Part shown: positions 21,171 through 30,900 of the stretch, piece by piece | Layout of the letters: every line of letters starts with the position of its first letter | Numbering within the stretch: the stretch's first letter is position 1 | NCBI GenBank assembly: GCA_003602605.1 | Contig: QQRW01000040.1 | Span: 19,283-83,282 of the forward strand | DNA: 64,000 nucleotides | Direction: 5' to 3' | DNA from: Candidatus Poseidoniales archaeon | GTDB taxonomy: Archaea > Thermoplasmatota > Poseidoniia > Poseidoniales > Poseidoniaceae | Position numbers and translations under genes: made by a program | The notes under the pieces: generated by a model | Database searches by the model: none | Told to the model about the DNA's origin: nothing | Seen by the model: only the letters and a program-made list of their open reading frames with translations

Positions 21171-21656
21171 TCATGCTTCTATGAGTGGTTTTCGGGAAAG
21201 AAAGCTGGTGTCAATTGGGTGATACCATTCAATATCTTCTTCTCCAAATCGCCATGAATACAGTGCTAAATGTTGATCAACAACCCCGTACCATTCAAGC
21301 CTACCTGGCTCTAAGCAGGCAATTCGAGTACCAGTTGCTTCCACGCTTGCTGTAATGGATTGCCAGTGAGTGACGAGTTGGGCAAGTTGTTCAGCAACTT
21401 CGACCACATGTTCGCTTTCCGCCTCAAGTGTTTCAAGAAGAACTTCCAGCTCCTCGGTTAAATCGTGTGCCTCGTCACTCATGGCCTGTAATTCGGCGAG
21501 CCAACGTGTTACTTTGGGTAGGTTTTCTCTCGCCTCTTCGATGGAAACGATTCGAGCACCTTTCGGCAGTATTCGCATAGCATTCTCTTCATCAACCAGG
21601 GAACACACTTCCATAGGTCGACCAGAAAAGAACGGTACATCTGAATGTTCTTTCAC
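21171..21656 (-). CDS. DUF2203-like protein
   Basis: SIEEARENLP..., LEPGRLEWYG...YSWRFGEEDIEWYHPIDTSFLSRKPL pattern; start uncertain. Confidence 0.7.
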   Translation of the reverse strand: MKEHSDVPFFSGRPMEVCSLVDEENAMRILPKGARIVSIEEARENLPKVTRWLAELQAMSDEAHDLTEELEVLLETLEAESEHVVEVAEQLAQLVTHWQSITASVEATGTRIACLEPGRLEWYGVVDQHLALYSWRFGEEDIEWYHPIDTSFLSRKPLIEA

Positions 21657-21749
21657 ATGTGTCCCTTTACTTGACAGACCATGAAGTCATCGGACGCAAT
21701 CCATGATTTTCGGTTGTTTTGCGTGTTTACGGAAATGACGGTTGCAGCA

Positions 21750-22031
21750 TTAGACAGAACTTATCGGCTGTTGTGAGGACCCCGATAATTTTCGTACAGA
21801 TTTCATGACAACGACCGATCCAATACCAATCCACATGAAAAGTTCGATAGCAAACACGACATAGTATGCTGGACCGAATTGTTTGAGGAGGACTACTGCG
21901 TCGTAAGGAACACCGTACAGAGCCATGTACAAGGCTTGAGAGAGAAGGCTTGATGAAAACCAGACTACGACCGCATACCAGAAAATAGTGCCCAAATCCC
22001 AATCATCTTGTCGAGCAAAGAGGTTCTCCAT
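21750..22031 (-). CDS. Small hypothetical membrane protein (2 TM)
   Basis: 93-aa ORF with ATG start and two hydrophobic helices. Confidence 0.6.
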   Translation of the reverse strand: MENLFARQDDWDLGTIFWYAVVVWFSSSLLSQALYMALYGVPYDAVVLLKQFGPAYYVVFAIELFMWIGIGSVVVMKSVRKLSGSSQQPISSV

Positions 22032-22140
22032 GGTAATACATCGTCATTCTTCCTCTTAAGTACTTTGTATTCTTGCATAAAATAATGCTCATTCCTGCAA
22101 GAAAAGTTACGAAAGCGAACGTAAACTTCCTCTTTCCGGC

Positions 22141-22911
22141 TCATTCCTGTTCCTTTTGTCCTAAAGAAGGAAGGTTGAGAGATGCGGTTTTATCGATATT
22201 CTCTAAAGCTGAATGTATCGCTTCAATCCATTCAATTGCAACGGCTTCTTCACCGCCTGCATCAAGCAAAGAGTCGTGCCATTCACTGGCAACGGCTTCA
22301 TCCCCGATAAACAGGTGAATTCTATGAAGAGCAAGGTAAGCCATCGGATTAAGGTGCTCTTCATCAGCATCCCAGCCCTTTTCGAAGCACGATATTGCCC
22401 CGTCAAGTCCAGAAATATTACCTCTTTGGAGGGCAACCATTCCAGCTTGACTCCATGCGAGTGGAAGACGTCCAATAAGCAGTCCCCGGAACACCAACCA
22501 CGTTTGTCCACTTCCCAACACAACCAGCGCCAAAAAACCCGACCACTGCTCAAATTGATTCAAGGAGTCCCATGTTTGTATCATGAGCCCGCCGACCCCT
22601 ACGCAGAAAAAGAAACCAGAAAAAGGAGCAATAAGGACCTCACGCCGAGTTCGAACCAAATGATGAATGCCTGCAAGAAGACCGAATGAACCGATGCCGG
22701 TCAAGAACAGCAGATGCCCAGTTACCGTAACGGGTTTAGGTGCCAGTTGACCTACTGCAATGAGAAAAGTGAGACTTAGAATGAGCATTCCAAATCGTCG
22801 AGATGGTTGAGGGAAAGGCTGACTCTTAGAGCCCAAAACAAGGAGTAACCCAACGGCGGCCTCAAACCCAATGAGAAGCCACTGGAGGGTATTCGTCTCA
22901 AATGTCAGCAT
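22141..22911 (-). CDS. Hypothetical membrane protein (about 5 TM) with C-terminal TPR-like segment
   Basis: Hydrophobic N-terminal two-thirds, then LAWSQAGMVALQRG...AISCFEK; start uncertain (22911-22962). Confidence 0.65.
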   Translation of the reverse strand: MLTFETNTLQWLLIGFEAAVGLLLVLGSKSQPFPQPSRRFGMLILSLTFLIAVGQLAPKPVTVTGHLLFLTGIGSFGLLAGIHHLVRTRREVLIAPFSGFFFCVGVGGLMIQTWDSLNQFEQWSGFLALVVLGSGQTWLVFRGLLIGRLPLAWSQAGMVALQRGNISGLDGAISCFEKGWDADEEHLNPMAYLALHRIHLFIGDEAVASEWHDSLLDAGGEEAVAIEWIEAIHSALENIDKTASLNLPSLGQKEQE

Positions 22912-22958
22912 ACGACCCCTCATAATCTCCGATGAAACGGCACTTCTTGACCCTTTGC

Positions 22959-23393
22959 TCAAGCCTTGTGGTATTCACTGCCTCTCAGAATCTCGGTAGC
23001 ACGGTAGAGTTGCTCGACCAGCATCGAACTGGCCATCTCATGCGGGAAGGTGAGCGGTGAAAGAGAAAGACGGTTGCGTCGGAATGTATCACCCGCTTTG
23101 GGCCAACCATCTGCAGGGCCGATGGCCAAATGTGTCTCGTCAGTTTCCATTTTCCAACGACCAACGCGATTAGAGAACTCTATTGAATCCATCAATTCCC
23201 CTCCTTCATCAAGGAAGATCAACGTGCCTTTGAGTTTGTCCAATCGGTCAACATAAGCGTTGATTGAAAGTTTATCGGAATGGAACTCAATCTTCACACC
23301 TCTGTTTTTTAATCGCTTAGCGTACATGTCAATGAGTTCACGATATGCCTTTTCTTTCGGGATACCATGGAAGTGCACGGTCACTCTTGCCAT
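22959..23393 (-). CDS. rlmH: 23S rRNA pseudouridine1915-N3 methyltransferase (SPOUT)
   Basis: LDEGGELMDSIEFS, AIGPADGW, LSLSPLTFPHEMA..LVEQLYRATEILRGSEYHK. Confidence 0.9.
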   Translation of the reverse strand: MARVTVHFHGIPKEKAYRELIDMYAKRLKNRGVKIEFHSDKLSINAYVDRLDKLKGTLIFLDEGGELMDSIEFSNRVGRWKMETDETHLAIGPADGWPKAGDTFRRNRLSLSPLTFPHEMASSMLVEQLYRATEILRGSEYHKA

Positions 23394-23471
23394 GCTTTGG
23401 CGAAAGCGTTCTCCTTGATGAAGACCCAACACGAAGCAAAATATCATAGGGAAGCGGTGAGAAGGCAACCC

Positions 23472-23807
23472 ATGGGTTGGTGGCCGTTTGGAAGCAAGAA
23501 GAAAACACATCGATCCCCGGTAGATGACCCGTTACTCAAAGACAACCGTACCATGATCTCCGAACTGCGTGACGCATGTGAAATGAACTTCGACAATCCC
23601 GAAGAAGCACGTCGGCAGATTCGAAGAATGCAGGTAGAATGGACGGATGCCTCTCGAGAAGGCATGATTACGGATGTAAATCGCAGCGGACTTGAAGCAC
23701 GAGCGTTCCGCCTCTTGACTTGCAGTGACAAGGAATGGGTCGTATGGCTCGATGACCTTGAATTTTGGAAGCCTGGCTGGAGGCCAGAGGTTGATGACGA
23801 GGATTGA
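23472..23807 (+). CDS. Hypothetical protein
   Basis: 111 aa from ATG 23472 (MGWWPFGSKKK); fills the gap between rlmH and the GST gene. Confidence 0.6.
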   Translation: MGWWPFGSKKKTHRSPVDDPLLKDNRTMISELRDACEMNFDNPEEARRQIRRMQVEWTDASREGMITDVNRSGLEARAFRLLTCSDKEWVVWLDDLEFWKPGWRPEVDDED

Positions 23808-23833
23808 AGAAGGGGCGGCTACCGCATCTCACC

Positions 23834-24526
23834 ATGGGTCAAACCCCTACACTCCACATGCTTTACACGTGTCCATTTTGTTGGAAGGTTCGTGGCCTCA
23901 TTGAATACATCGGCCTTGATGTAGAATACATCAGCGTAAACGGAATGAAAATCAAAAAAGAAGTCGGTTTTGCTGGCGATTGGGGAAAGGTGCCCGTTTT
24001 CACCGATGAGAACGGCAAATATCATACTGATTCCACGCCACTGCTCAAACACATCGATGCAACTTATAACGACGGAAAACTGGCTTCTTTAGGCGATGCT
24101 GAACGACAACAACAATGGCTTGAATGGGCGGATACAAAAATGTCGAAAGCGACAATCCCAATCCTCTACGGCAGTATAGGTTCGGCACTCAAGACGACGG
24201 TTCGAATCTCCAAAATTGAAAAATTCGGATTCTTCTCAAAGCGCCTTTATGCTTGGGCTGGATTCCCGATTATGTGGGGCATCATCGCTCGCAAGCGCGT
24301 GAAGAAAGATGGTCGAACGCCAAAGCAATTATGGCACGACCTGCTGACAGAATTCACGGACGAACACGGCTCAAAAACATACTTTGGTGGAGACGAACCG
24401 GACCTCGTGGACTTTGCTGTATTCGGCTACATGCGCTCCATTTCCCCGTTCCCTCAATTCAATATCTTGGAAGACCATGCAAAAGGCATTGCTTGGTACA
24501 AAAGAATGGGTTCCAATGTACAGTGA
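23834..24526 (+). CDS. Glutathione S-transferase/glutaredoxin-fold protein (PTGES2-like)
   Basis: YTCPFCWKVR, GKVPV, DS motif, YFGGDEPDLVDFAVFG. Confidence 0.85.
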   Translation: MGQTPTLHMLYTCPFCWKVRGLIEYIGLDVEYISVNGMKIKKEVGFAGDWGKVPVFTDENGKYHTDSTPLLKHIDATYNDGKLASLGDAERQQQWLEWADTKMSKATIPILYGSIGSALKTTVRISKIEKFGFFSKRLYAWAGFPIMWGIIARKRVKKDGRTPKQLWHDLLTEFTDEHGSKTYFGGDEPDLVDFAVFGYMRSISPFPQFNILEDHAKGIAWYKRMGSNVQ

Positions 24527-24535
24527 GGCGGCAGC

Positions 24536-25378
24536 ATGAGCGTTCAATATCGAGGTATTGAATTTCAGAAAATATCCGCAGGTAGTGTTTATCTGGGTAC
24601 CGAGAAAGGTGGATGGATTTATGCAAGTCAAAGACCGCGACATGAAGTGAAATGTCCCGAGTTCTACATCATGCAATCGGTTCTGTCCATGCAGCAGATC
24701 AATGACATCCTCCAATCGGAGAACGAAGAGGTAAAATTGGATGGCGCAAGTATCAACGAAATTTGCCTTCGATTGAATGATGGCGTGTCCGGTGCGGAGT
24801 TCCTTGCAGGCTCTGAACACAACTGGGAAGTTCGCAGTCCAAGTGAAGGCGAATGGCGGCACGCCCATGAAAAAATAGGACTCGAATTAAATCCAAAGAA
24901 AATTGAAATCTTAGCTGATGGCGTCGCTGACAATTATCGAGGGGCGATGATGGATGGGCGGCCTCGCCCTTTCAACGGCATTGGACCGATGGCGTTACAC
25001 CGTACCGCCATCGAAACACACCCCTCGCAGGAAGGAGTTACTGCACTTTCCAGCGCCCCAATGGATAGGCCGTTGGATGGAATTGTGACACGTTTGGTGA
25101 TCACCCCCATACGGTCGGGCGAAGGAAAAAAAGTACCGTTAAACGCTGATTTCTTCGCCAACATTCGAGGTGAAGTGTTTTGGACGATCCTCTTGGGCGT
25201 TATTCCTTCGTTCGTCATCCCAATCGCCCGAGGCATGGGTAGTTACGCGGTAACCGGATGGGCCAACCTGTTGTTTGGCGGCCTGTGTGCGGGATTTGTG
25301 ACCGGTGCGCTTTGGAGACCGAGACGGCCTACTCTGCAGTACGACGATATCGAAGACTCAACGCTCATCCGGGAGTGA
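24536..25378 (+). CDS. Membrane protein with degenerate FGE/SUMF1-like N-terminal domain
   Basis: ISAGSVYLG..QRPRHEV..FYIM and RSPSEGEWRHA resemble FGE-sulfatase motifs (RLPTEAEWEYA); two C-terminal TMs. Confidence 0.6.
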   Translation: MSVQYRGIEFQKISAGSVYLGTEKGGWIYASQRPRHEVKCPEFYIMQSVLSMQQINDILQSENEEVKLDGASINEICLRLNDGVSGAEFLAGSEHNWEVRSPSEGEWRHAHEKIGLELNPKKIEILADGVADNYRGAMMDGRPRPFNGIGPMALHRTAIETHPSQEGVTALSSAPMDRPLDGIVTRLVITPIRSGEGKKVPLNADFFANIRGEVFWTILLGVIPSFVIPIARGMGSYAVTGWANLLFGGLCAGFVTGALWRPRRPTLQYDDIEDSTLIRE

Positions 25379-27679
25379 AACCAACGATTCCCAGTAAGAG
25401 TCTTGGCGAATGGCATCAGCTGCACATATTGCTGCCATGTTGACGATATGACGTACTCCATCTCTTCGAGCAACCAATTGAACCGGCTTGTCCATACCTT
25501 CTAGAATCGGACCTGTCATTTCGGCATCACCCAATTCTTCAAGCAGTTTGTATGCAATGTTTGCGGCAGCTAAGTTCGGCAATACCAAAACATTCGCCGG
25601 CCCATTGAAATCCATGAATGGGTACTCTTCTTGTACTTCGCCGTTCAATGCGGTATCGGCTTGCATTGGTCCATCAATAATCAAAGACGGATCGAGTTCG
25701 CGAGCAAATTCAATTGCATCTTCAATACGTTCAGACCGTTGAGCACGGCTTGAACCAAAGTTCGAAAACGAAAGCATTGCTACCTTCGGGGCGACTCCGA
25801 ATCGACGAGCAACCTTCGCTGTTTGCACTGCTATTTCGGCCAGTGTTCGACTATCGGGATACACATTGACGGTGGCATCGGCGAGGAAAATCGTTCTTCC
25901 TTTGACATTAACCATGTAGCATCCCACGACGCAGTGGGTTTTTTCGTTCGGACCAATGAGTTCCAAAGTTGGGCGCAAAACATCGCCATAATTTCGACTT
26001 ACTCCACCAACGAAACCATCAGCATCACCGTTGATGACCATTTGACTTGCGAAATATGGCCTCGACTTGAGGAGGCGGCGGGCATCAACATGTGTCATTC
26101 CTTTCCTACTTCTTTTCGACATCATCGCCTCAGCATAAATTCCTTTTCTGCGAGGGTCTTTTCTTGGATCGAAAACTTCGTACTCGAAATGCAGTCCAAG
26201 TTCATCTACCATTCTATGGATTCGCTCTTCGGGGCCGAGAAGAATTGGATAGCATATTTTCTGCTCGGAAAGTTGTGCTGCTGCCCTGAGAACTTTCTCG
26301 TGATCTCCCTCTGGGAAGACAATTCGCTTGCCCTTTCCGCGCACTTGATTGATGACGTGGCGCATGATAGAATACGACAGCCCTAATCTAGCCTCAAGTT
26401 GTTCGCGATATGCAACGAGAGAGAACTCTTCTGGTTGAACCGCTGCAACGCCCTCTTGAACAGCCGCTTGGGCAACTGCCGATGCTTCCCAAATGAGCAC
26501 GCGACGGTCAAACGGTTTGGGAATTATGTAATCCGGTCCGTATTGCATTGTTGCTCCATCGTATGCTGCTGAAATGTAATCGGGAACTGGTTCCTTGGCT
26601 AATGCAGCTAACGCTTTGGTTGCTGCCATTTTCATCCCTTGAGTGATGTCACGAGCGCGTACATCCAGCGCTCCACGGAAAATATACGGGAAGCCAAGTA
26701 CATTGTTCACTTGGTTTGAATAATCTGAACGGCCAGTGGCAATAATTGCATCAGTTCGGACTTCTAAAATTTCTTCCGGGGTAATCTCAGGCGTAGGATT
26801 CGCAAGTGCGAAAATGATCGGCTTATCGGCCATCGAAGCGATCATTTCTTTGTCGACCAGACCGCCACGTGACAAACCAAGCATCACATCTGCACCGTTC
26901 AGCGCATCAGCCAAGTCACCGGCTTCTCGTTCGTGTGCGAAAGGCGCCTTGTATTCGTTTAGTTCTCCAGCCTCAAGTCGGGCCTTGGTTACAATTCCCT
27001 TGCTATCAACCATAGAGATATTTTCTCGCGTCACACCAATTGCAACATAGTGATTAGCGCATGCAATTGCGCTCGCTCCTGCACCTATGACGACAACCTT
27101 GACTGTTGCAAGTTCCTTTTCCTGGAGTTCAACGGCATTGAGAAGGGCTGCTGCTGAAATGATTGCGGTGCCGTGCTGGTCGTCGTGCATGACTGGAATA
27201 TCGGTTGATTCTGCAATTCGCCTCTCAATTTCAAAACATTCTGGAGCCTTAATGTCTTCCAGGTTTATGCCACCAAAGGTTTTCGAAATATTGACCACAG
27301 TATCAATGAAAGACTCTGGGTCCTCGGTGTCGACCTCAATATCGAACACATCGATGTCAGCAAATGTTTTCAGGAGAAGTCCTTTTCCTTCCATAACTGG
27401 TTTACTTGCCAGTGCACCGATATTACCTAAACCGAGAACTGCTGTTCCGTTCGAAATGACTGCAACCAAGTTTCCCTTCGAGGTATATCGATATGCATCT
27501 TCAGGGCGTTCCGCAATGTCAAGACATGGGTAAGCAACTCCAGGGGAGTAAGCGAGACTTAATTCGTGTGCGGTCGAGTGAGGTTTGGTTGGAACAACCT
27601 TGATTTTACCTCTAGGTTCAGATTCGTGGTATTCCAGCGCTTCTTTCTTGAGCAGACGCTCCTTTTTTTCACGATTCAT
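25358..27679 (-). CDS. maeB: NADP-dependent malic enzyme with PTA-like C-terminal domain
   Basis: LSLAYSPGVA, SNGTAVLGLGNIG, NLEDIKAPECF, HDDQHGTA, ATGRSD, RIVFPEG, LSFSNFGS. Confidence 0.96.
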   Translation of the reverse strand: MNREKKERLLKKEALEYHESEPRGKIKVVPTKPHSTAHELSLAYSPGVAYPCLDIAERPEDAYRYTSKGNLVAVISNGTAVLGLGNIGALASKPVMEGKGLLLKTFADIDVFDIEVDTEDPESFIDTVVNISKTFGGINLEDIKAPECFEIERRIAESTDIPVMHDDQHGTAIISAAALLNAVELQEKELATVKVVVIGAGASAIACANHYVAIGVTRENISMVDSKGIVTKARLEAGELNEYKAPFAHEREAGDLADALNGADVMLGLSRGGLVDKEMIASMADKPIIFALANPTPEITPEEILEVRTDAIIATGRSDYSNQVNNVLGFPYIFRGALDVRARDITQGMKMAATKALAALAKEPVPDYISAAYDGATMQYGPDYIIPKPFDRRVLIWEASAVAQAAVQEGVAAVQPEEFSLVAYREQLEARLGLSYSIMRHVINQVRGKGKRIVFPEGDHEKVLRAAAQLSEQKICYPILLGPEERIHRMVDELGLHFEYEVFDPRKDPRRKGIYAEAMMSKRSRKGMTHVDARRLLKSRPYFASQMVINGDADGFVGGVSRNYGDVLRPTLELIGPNEKTHCVVGCYMVNVKGRTIFLADATVNVYPDSRTLAEIAVQTAKVARRFGVAPKVAMLSFSNFGSSRAQRSERIEDAIEFARELDPSLIIDGPMQADTALNGEVQEEYPFMDFNGPANVLVLPNLAAANIAYKLLEELGDAEMTGPILEGMDKPVQLVARRDGVRHIVNMAAICAADAIRQDSYWESLVSLPDER

Positions 27680-27916
27680 GGTAAGACCTTATGCAACGAA
27701 GGCGGTCTTAGGTTTGAGTGTTGCGTGGCATGAGACTCTACGACCTTGTTTCAAACAGGATTATGTGTTTTTCGAAGCAATGACTTTTTCCTGAAGATTG
27801 TGTCAGTAAAAAACACTTAAAATCGCCAAAAAGCCTCATTTTGATACAGAACGAAGTGGTTCTTTTCACACGATAAAGGGGCGCGTTCAAATACCCCAAA
27901 ACACCGAAGGAAACTC

Positions 27917-30900
27917 ATGAGAAGCACTGTAAGCGCTAAGTATCCCCAGCGCGACGCTCGTAGAGCGGTTCTGTTGGTCATTCTCATGCTGCTTTCTTCT
28001 GCAGCTCCAATCCTTTCATTTACCGGAGTTTCAGCCCATGAATCATCAACGGATACCGTATGGCCTCAAGAAGGTAGCAACGATACGGGCTGGGTGCAGT
28101 TGGACGCGACAGGAGCAACGCCTGGCAGCCCCACTCAAGCCAGTGCATCTTGGACGTTAGAATTCGCGCCGGGTGCAGAATTGTCGAATGTGTCCTTCCA
28201 AGTGAGGGTGAACGGAAGCGACGGCCTTATGATCGAAGAACCGATGCTTGTTGCAAGCGATATTGGCGTGAACTTGTTGGACTGGAGAGGACTTGGAATG
28301 CTTGGTTCGCAAGACAGTTTCACAGGTCCAAACCCTTACTCTGGCCGTATGAATCCGAACAGTGATTCGGGTGCAACATGGATCCTTCCGTCAGACGCAG
28401 AGATTACCGATCTGGTCATAGAGGCTCTTGCACCGGTCGACCCCATCGTTGCGCTGTCACCGCTTGAACTCAACATAGCGGCGACAGCATTCCACCCTCT
28501 TGATGGCCGGATGTATATGGCAATCGACAACACGCTCATGACTTTGGATTACTCAAATGATCCAATCACCATCGACATTATTGAAACAAACTCAAACATT
28601 TTCGACATTGTAATCGATACTACGAACAATCTACTTCATCTTCTCACCGAAGATGGTTTCTCCGCCTACTCACTGGAAGACACCAGTGAACAAAACGGTC
28701 TAACAGCACCGGCCTTCTGGCCTGAGTCTTCATCTGAACCGACATACGATGTGTTTCACCTTGCTTCAAACGGGTTTGTTTACGCTGCTTATGACGGTGG
28801 AATTGCACAATGGGACGGTTCGAACTGGAGCTTCCCAGTGACCAAGCTTACCTCGGGCAGGGCCCTTGACATCGTTGAAGCAAACGGTGTGCTGTATGTT
28901 TCCTTCGACGATGAAGGTGTTGCTCGTTGGGACCTCAGTTCTGGATCTGCTCTTTCGACCTGGTCAACAGCTAATTCACTTCATTCCGACGAGATTGTTG
29001 AAATGATGATTTCCGGCAATCAAATCCTCTTCGCTTCACCGGACAGTGGTTTAGCTAGGTACGACTGGAACTCTGGATTTTGGCTCTCAACGTGGACGGA
29101 TGGCAATTGGCTCACCAGCAACTCAATCAACGGTATTGCTCGCTCAGGATCTGATTTATTCATCCTGAGCGGTGACACACTGCACATTTATGATACAACA
29201 AGTGGCGTGTTCACCAGTTCACAAGTGATTTCCAATTTCGGCCTTACCGGAGATGGAAGTGACTTGATTGTCTGGCCTGCAAACGGTGCAAGGTCACCCG
29301 CATCTGAACGACTGCTGCTCGGAAACGGCTTCGGCTCATTTGCCGAACTCTCCCCCAGTCCAACACTTACTCAAACTGGAACACTCTTGATTGGTAGCGG
29401 CCCTACCTCCTCAGGCATGCAAGATGCAACTGAACTTGGGGGTGTAGTATTTGTTGCTGCAGATGAATGGATGAACAGATTCGACACCCAAGCCTCAAGA
29501 TGGCTTCAGCCGGTATACTTGGGGACGACAGTAAACCAATTGATGAACGACGGTTCGCATGTGTTCATCGCTTCTGAAAGTGGGCTTCACAAGATGCACA
29601 GTAACGGCAGCCTTCTACAAACTTGGAACGCAACAAATACCGACTTGGATCAAGACGAAGTGCTGCGTGTAGATTCAGATGGAACGCATGCTGTTGCCAT
29701 CACGGGCGAAGGAGAAATGCTCGTCGTTGAGTTGAACGGCGCCAACCCCCCTTCAGTCGAACAATACGATTCAGCCGCCGTTGACCTTACTCTTTTCAGC
29801 AACACTGTTCATCTCGCCACCGATAACAGTGGCATCCTTAGATACGAACTCACCAATGAATCATGGCTAACTCCATGGATTTCGACGGGCGTCAATGGTG
29901 CAGATGATGTCCCAGTCGCTGTAAACGGCGACATTCTTTACTTCGGAATACCGGGTTACGGAGTAGCTCGAAAAGACCTCGCAACAGATGAATTGATGTC
30001 GCCGCTGACCACGCCCTCAAATTCTCCTGGCCAAAGTAATCAGAACGGCGTTCTTCCGTCGAACATCATCTACTCGCTCGAATCAGACGGAAATGACCTT
30101 TACATCGGAACTGCAAATGGCGCTATCGTATGGGATGGATCAACTTCTTCCACTTTCAAAACCGGTGGGCAATGGAATACTCGCCCACAACGATACTACG
30201 ACTTCACCGCTACAGGCGGAAACGTCTACGCTGGCACGAATATTGGGGTTTGTAAGTGGCCAGCAAGCCAGATAGCAACTGCAAACCCTGATTGTTTAAA
30301 CGTCTACGATGGAATGCCAAACTGGGCAACATATTCAGTTGAATCCGATTCCTACGGCTACATCTACGGCGGTACAACATCAGGTGTTGGCATCATTAGC
30401 GCATCGCCTTACGACGTTATCGGTGAATGGGAAGCTGGAGAACAAACCCAAAACGCCCCTGTGGTCGTTATCGGAGATGTGGCTTTTATCGCACTCGATG
30501 GTATCGGCATTGCTCGGTATGATATGCCCAACAACGCTTGGCTCACTCTGTGGACCGATGACAACTATCTTGACGACGGAAATGAAGATGCAACATCTCT
30601 CTCTGTAGATATCGATCCAAATCTTATCTGGATCGGTGGCTCTGATGGATTCCAACTTCTCAACGCAACCACGGGAGCTGAAGTGTACGATATAGAAAAA
30701 TCGAGCAGCCTATTTGCTGGTAATGGCGACCCTCTCGACATGATATTGAAAGGTGATACGATGTACTATCACGACGGCACTAGCAGCGACAACCTGTATC
30801 GGTTCAACGCCCAAAACTTCACCGCTCTGTCGCCTCTCGATGTAGGGGCCCAAGTTGGCCAAAACAATGGCGATATCAACGGTATGAATCTTGTTGGCGA

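Noticed and set aside
22070..22103. Inverted repeat TTCTTGCA-N18-TGCAAGAA
   Set aside because: Single AT-rich instance with no second copy seen; could be chance or a simple terminator
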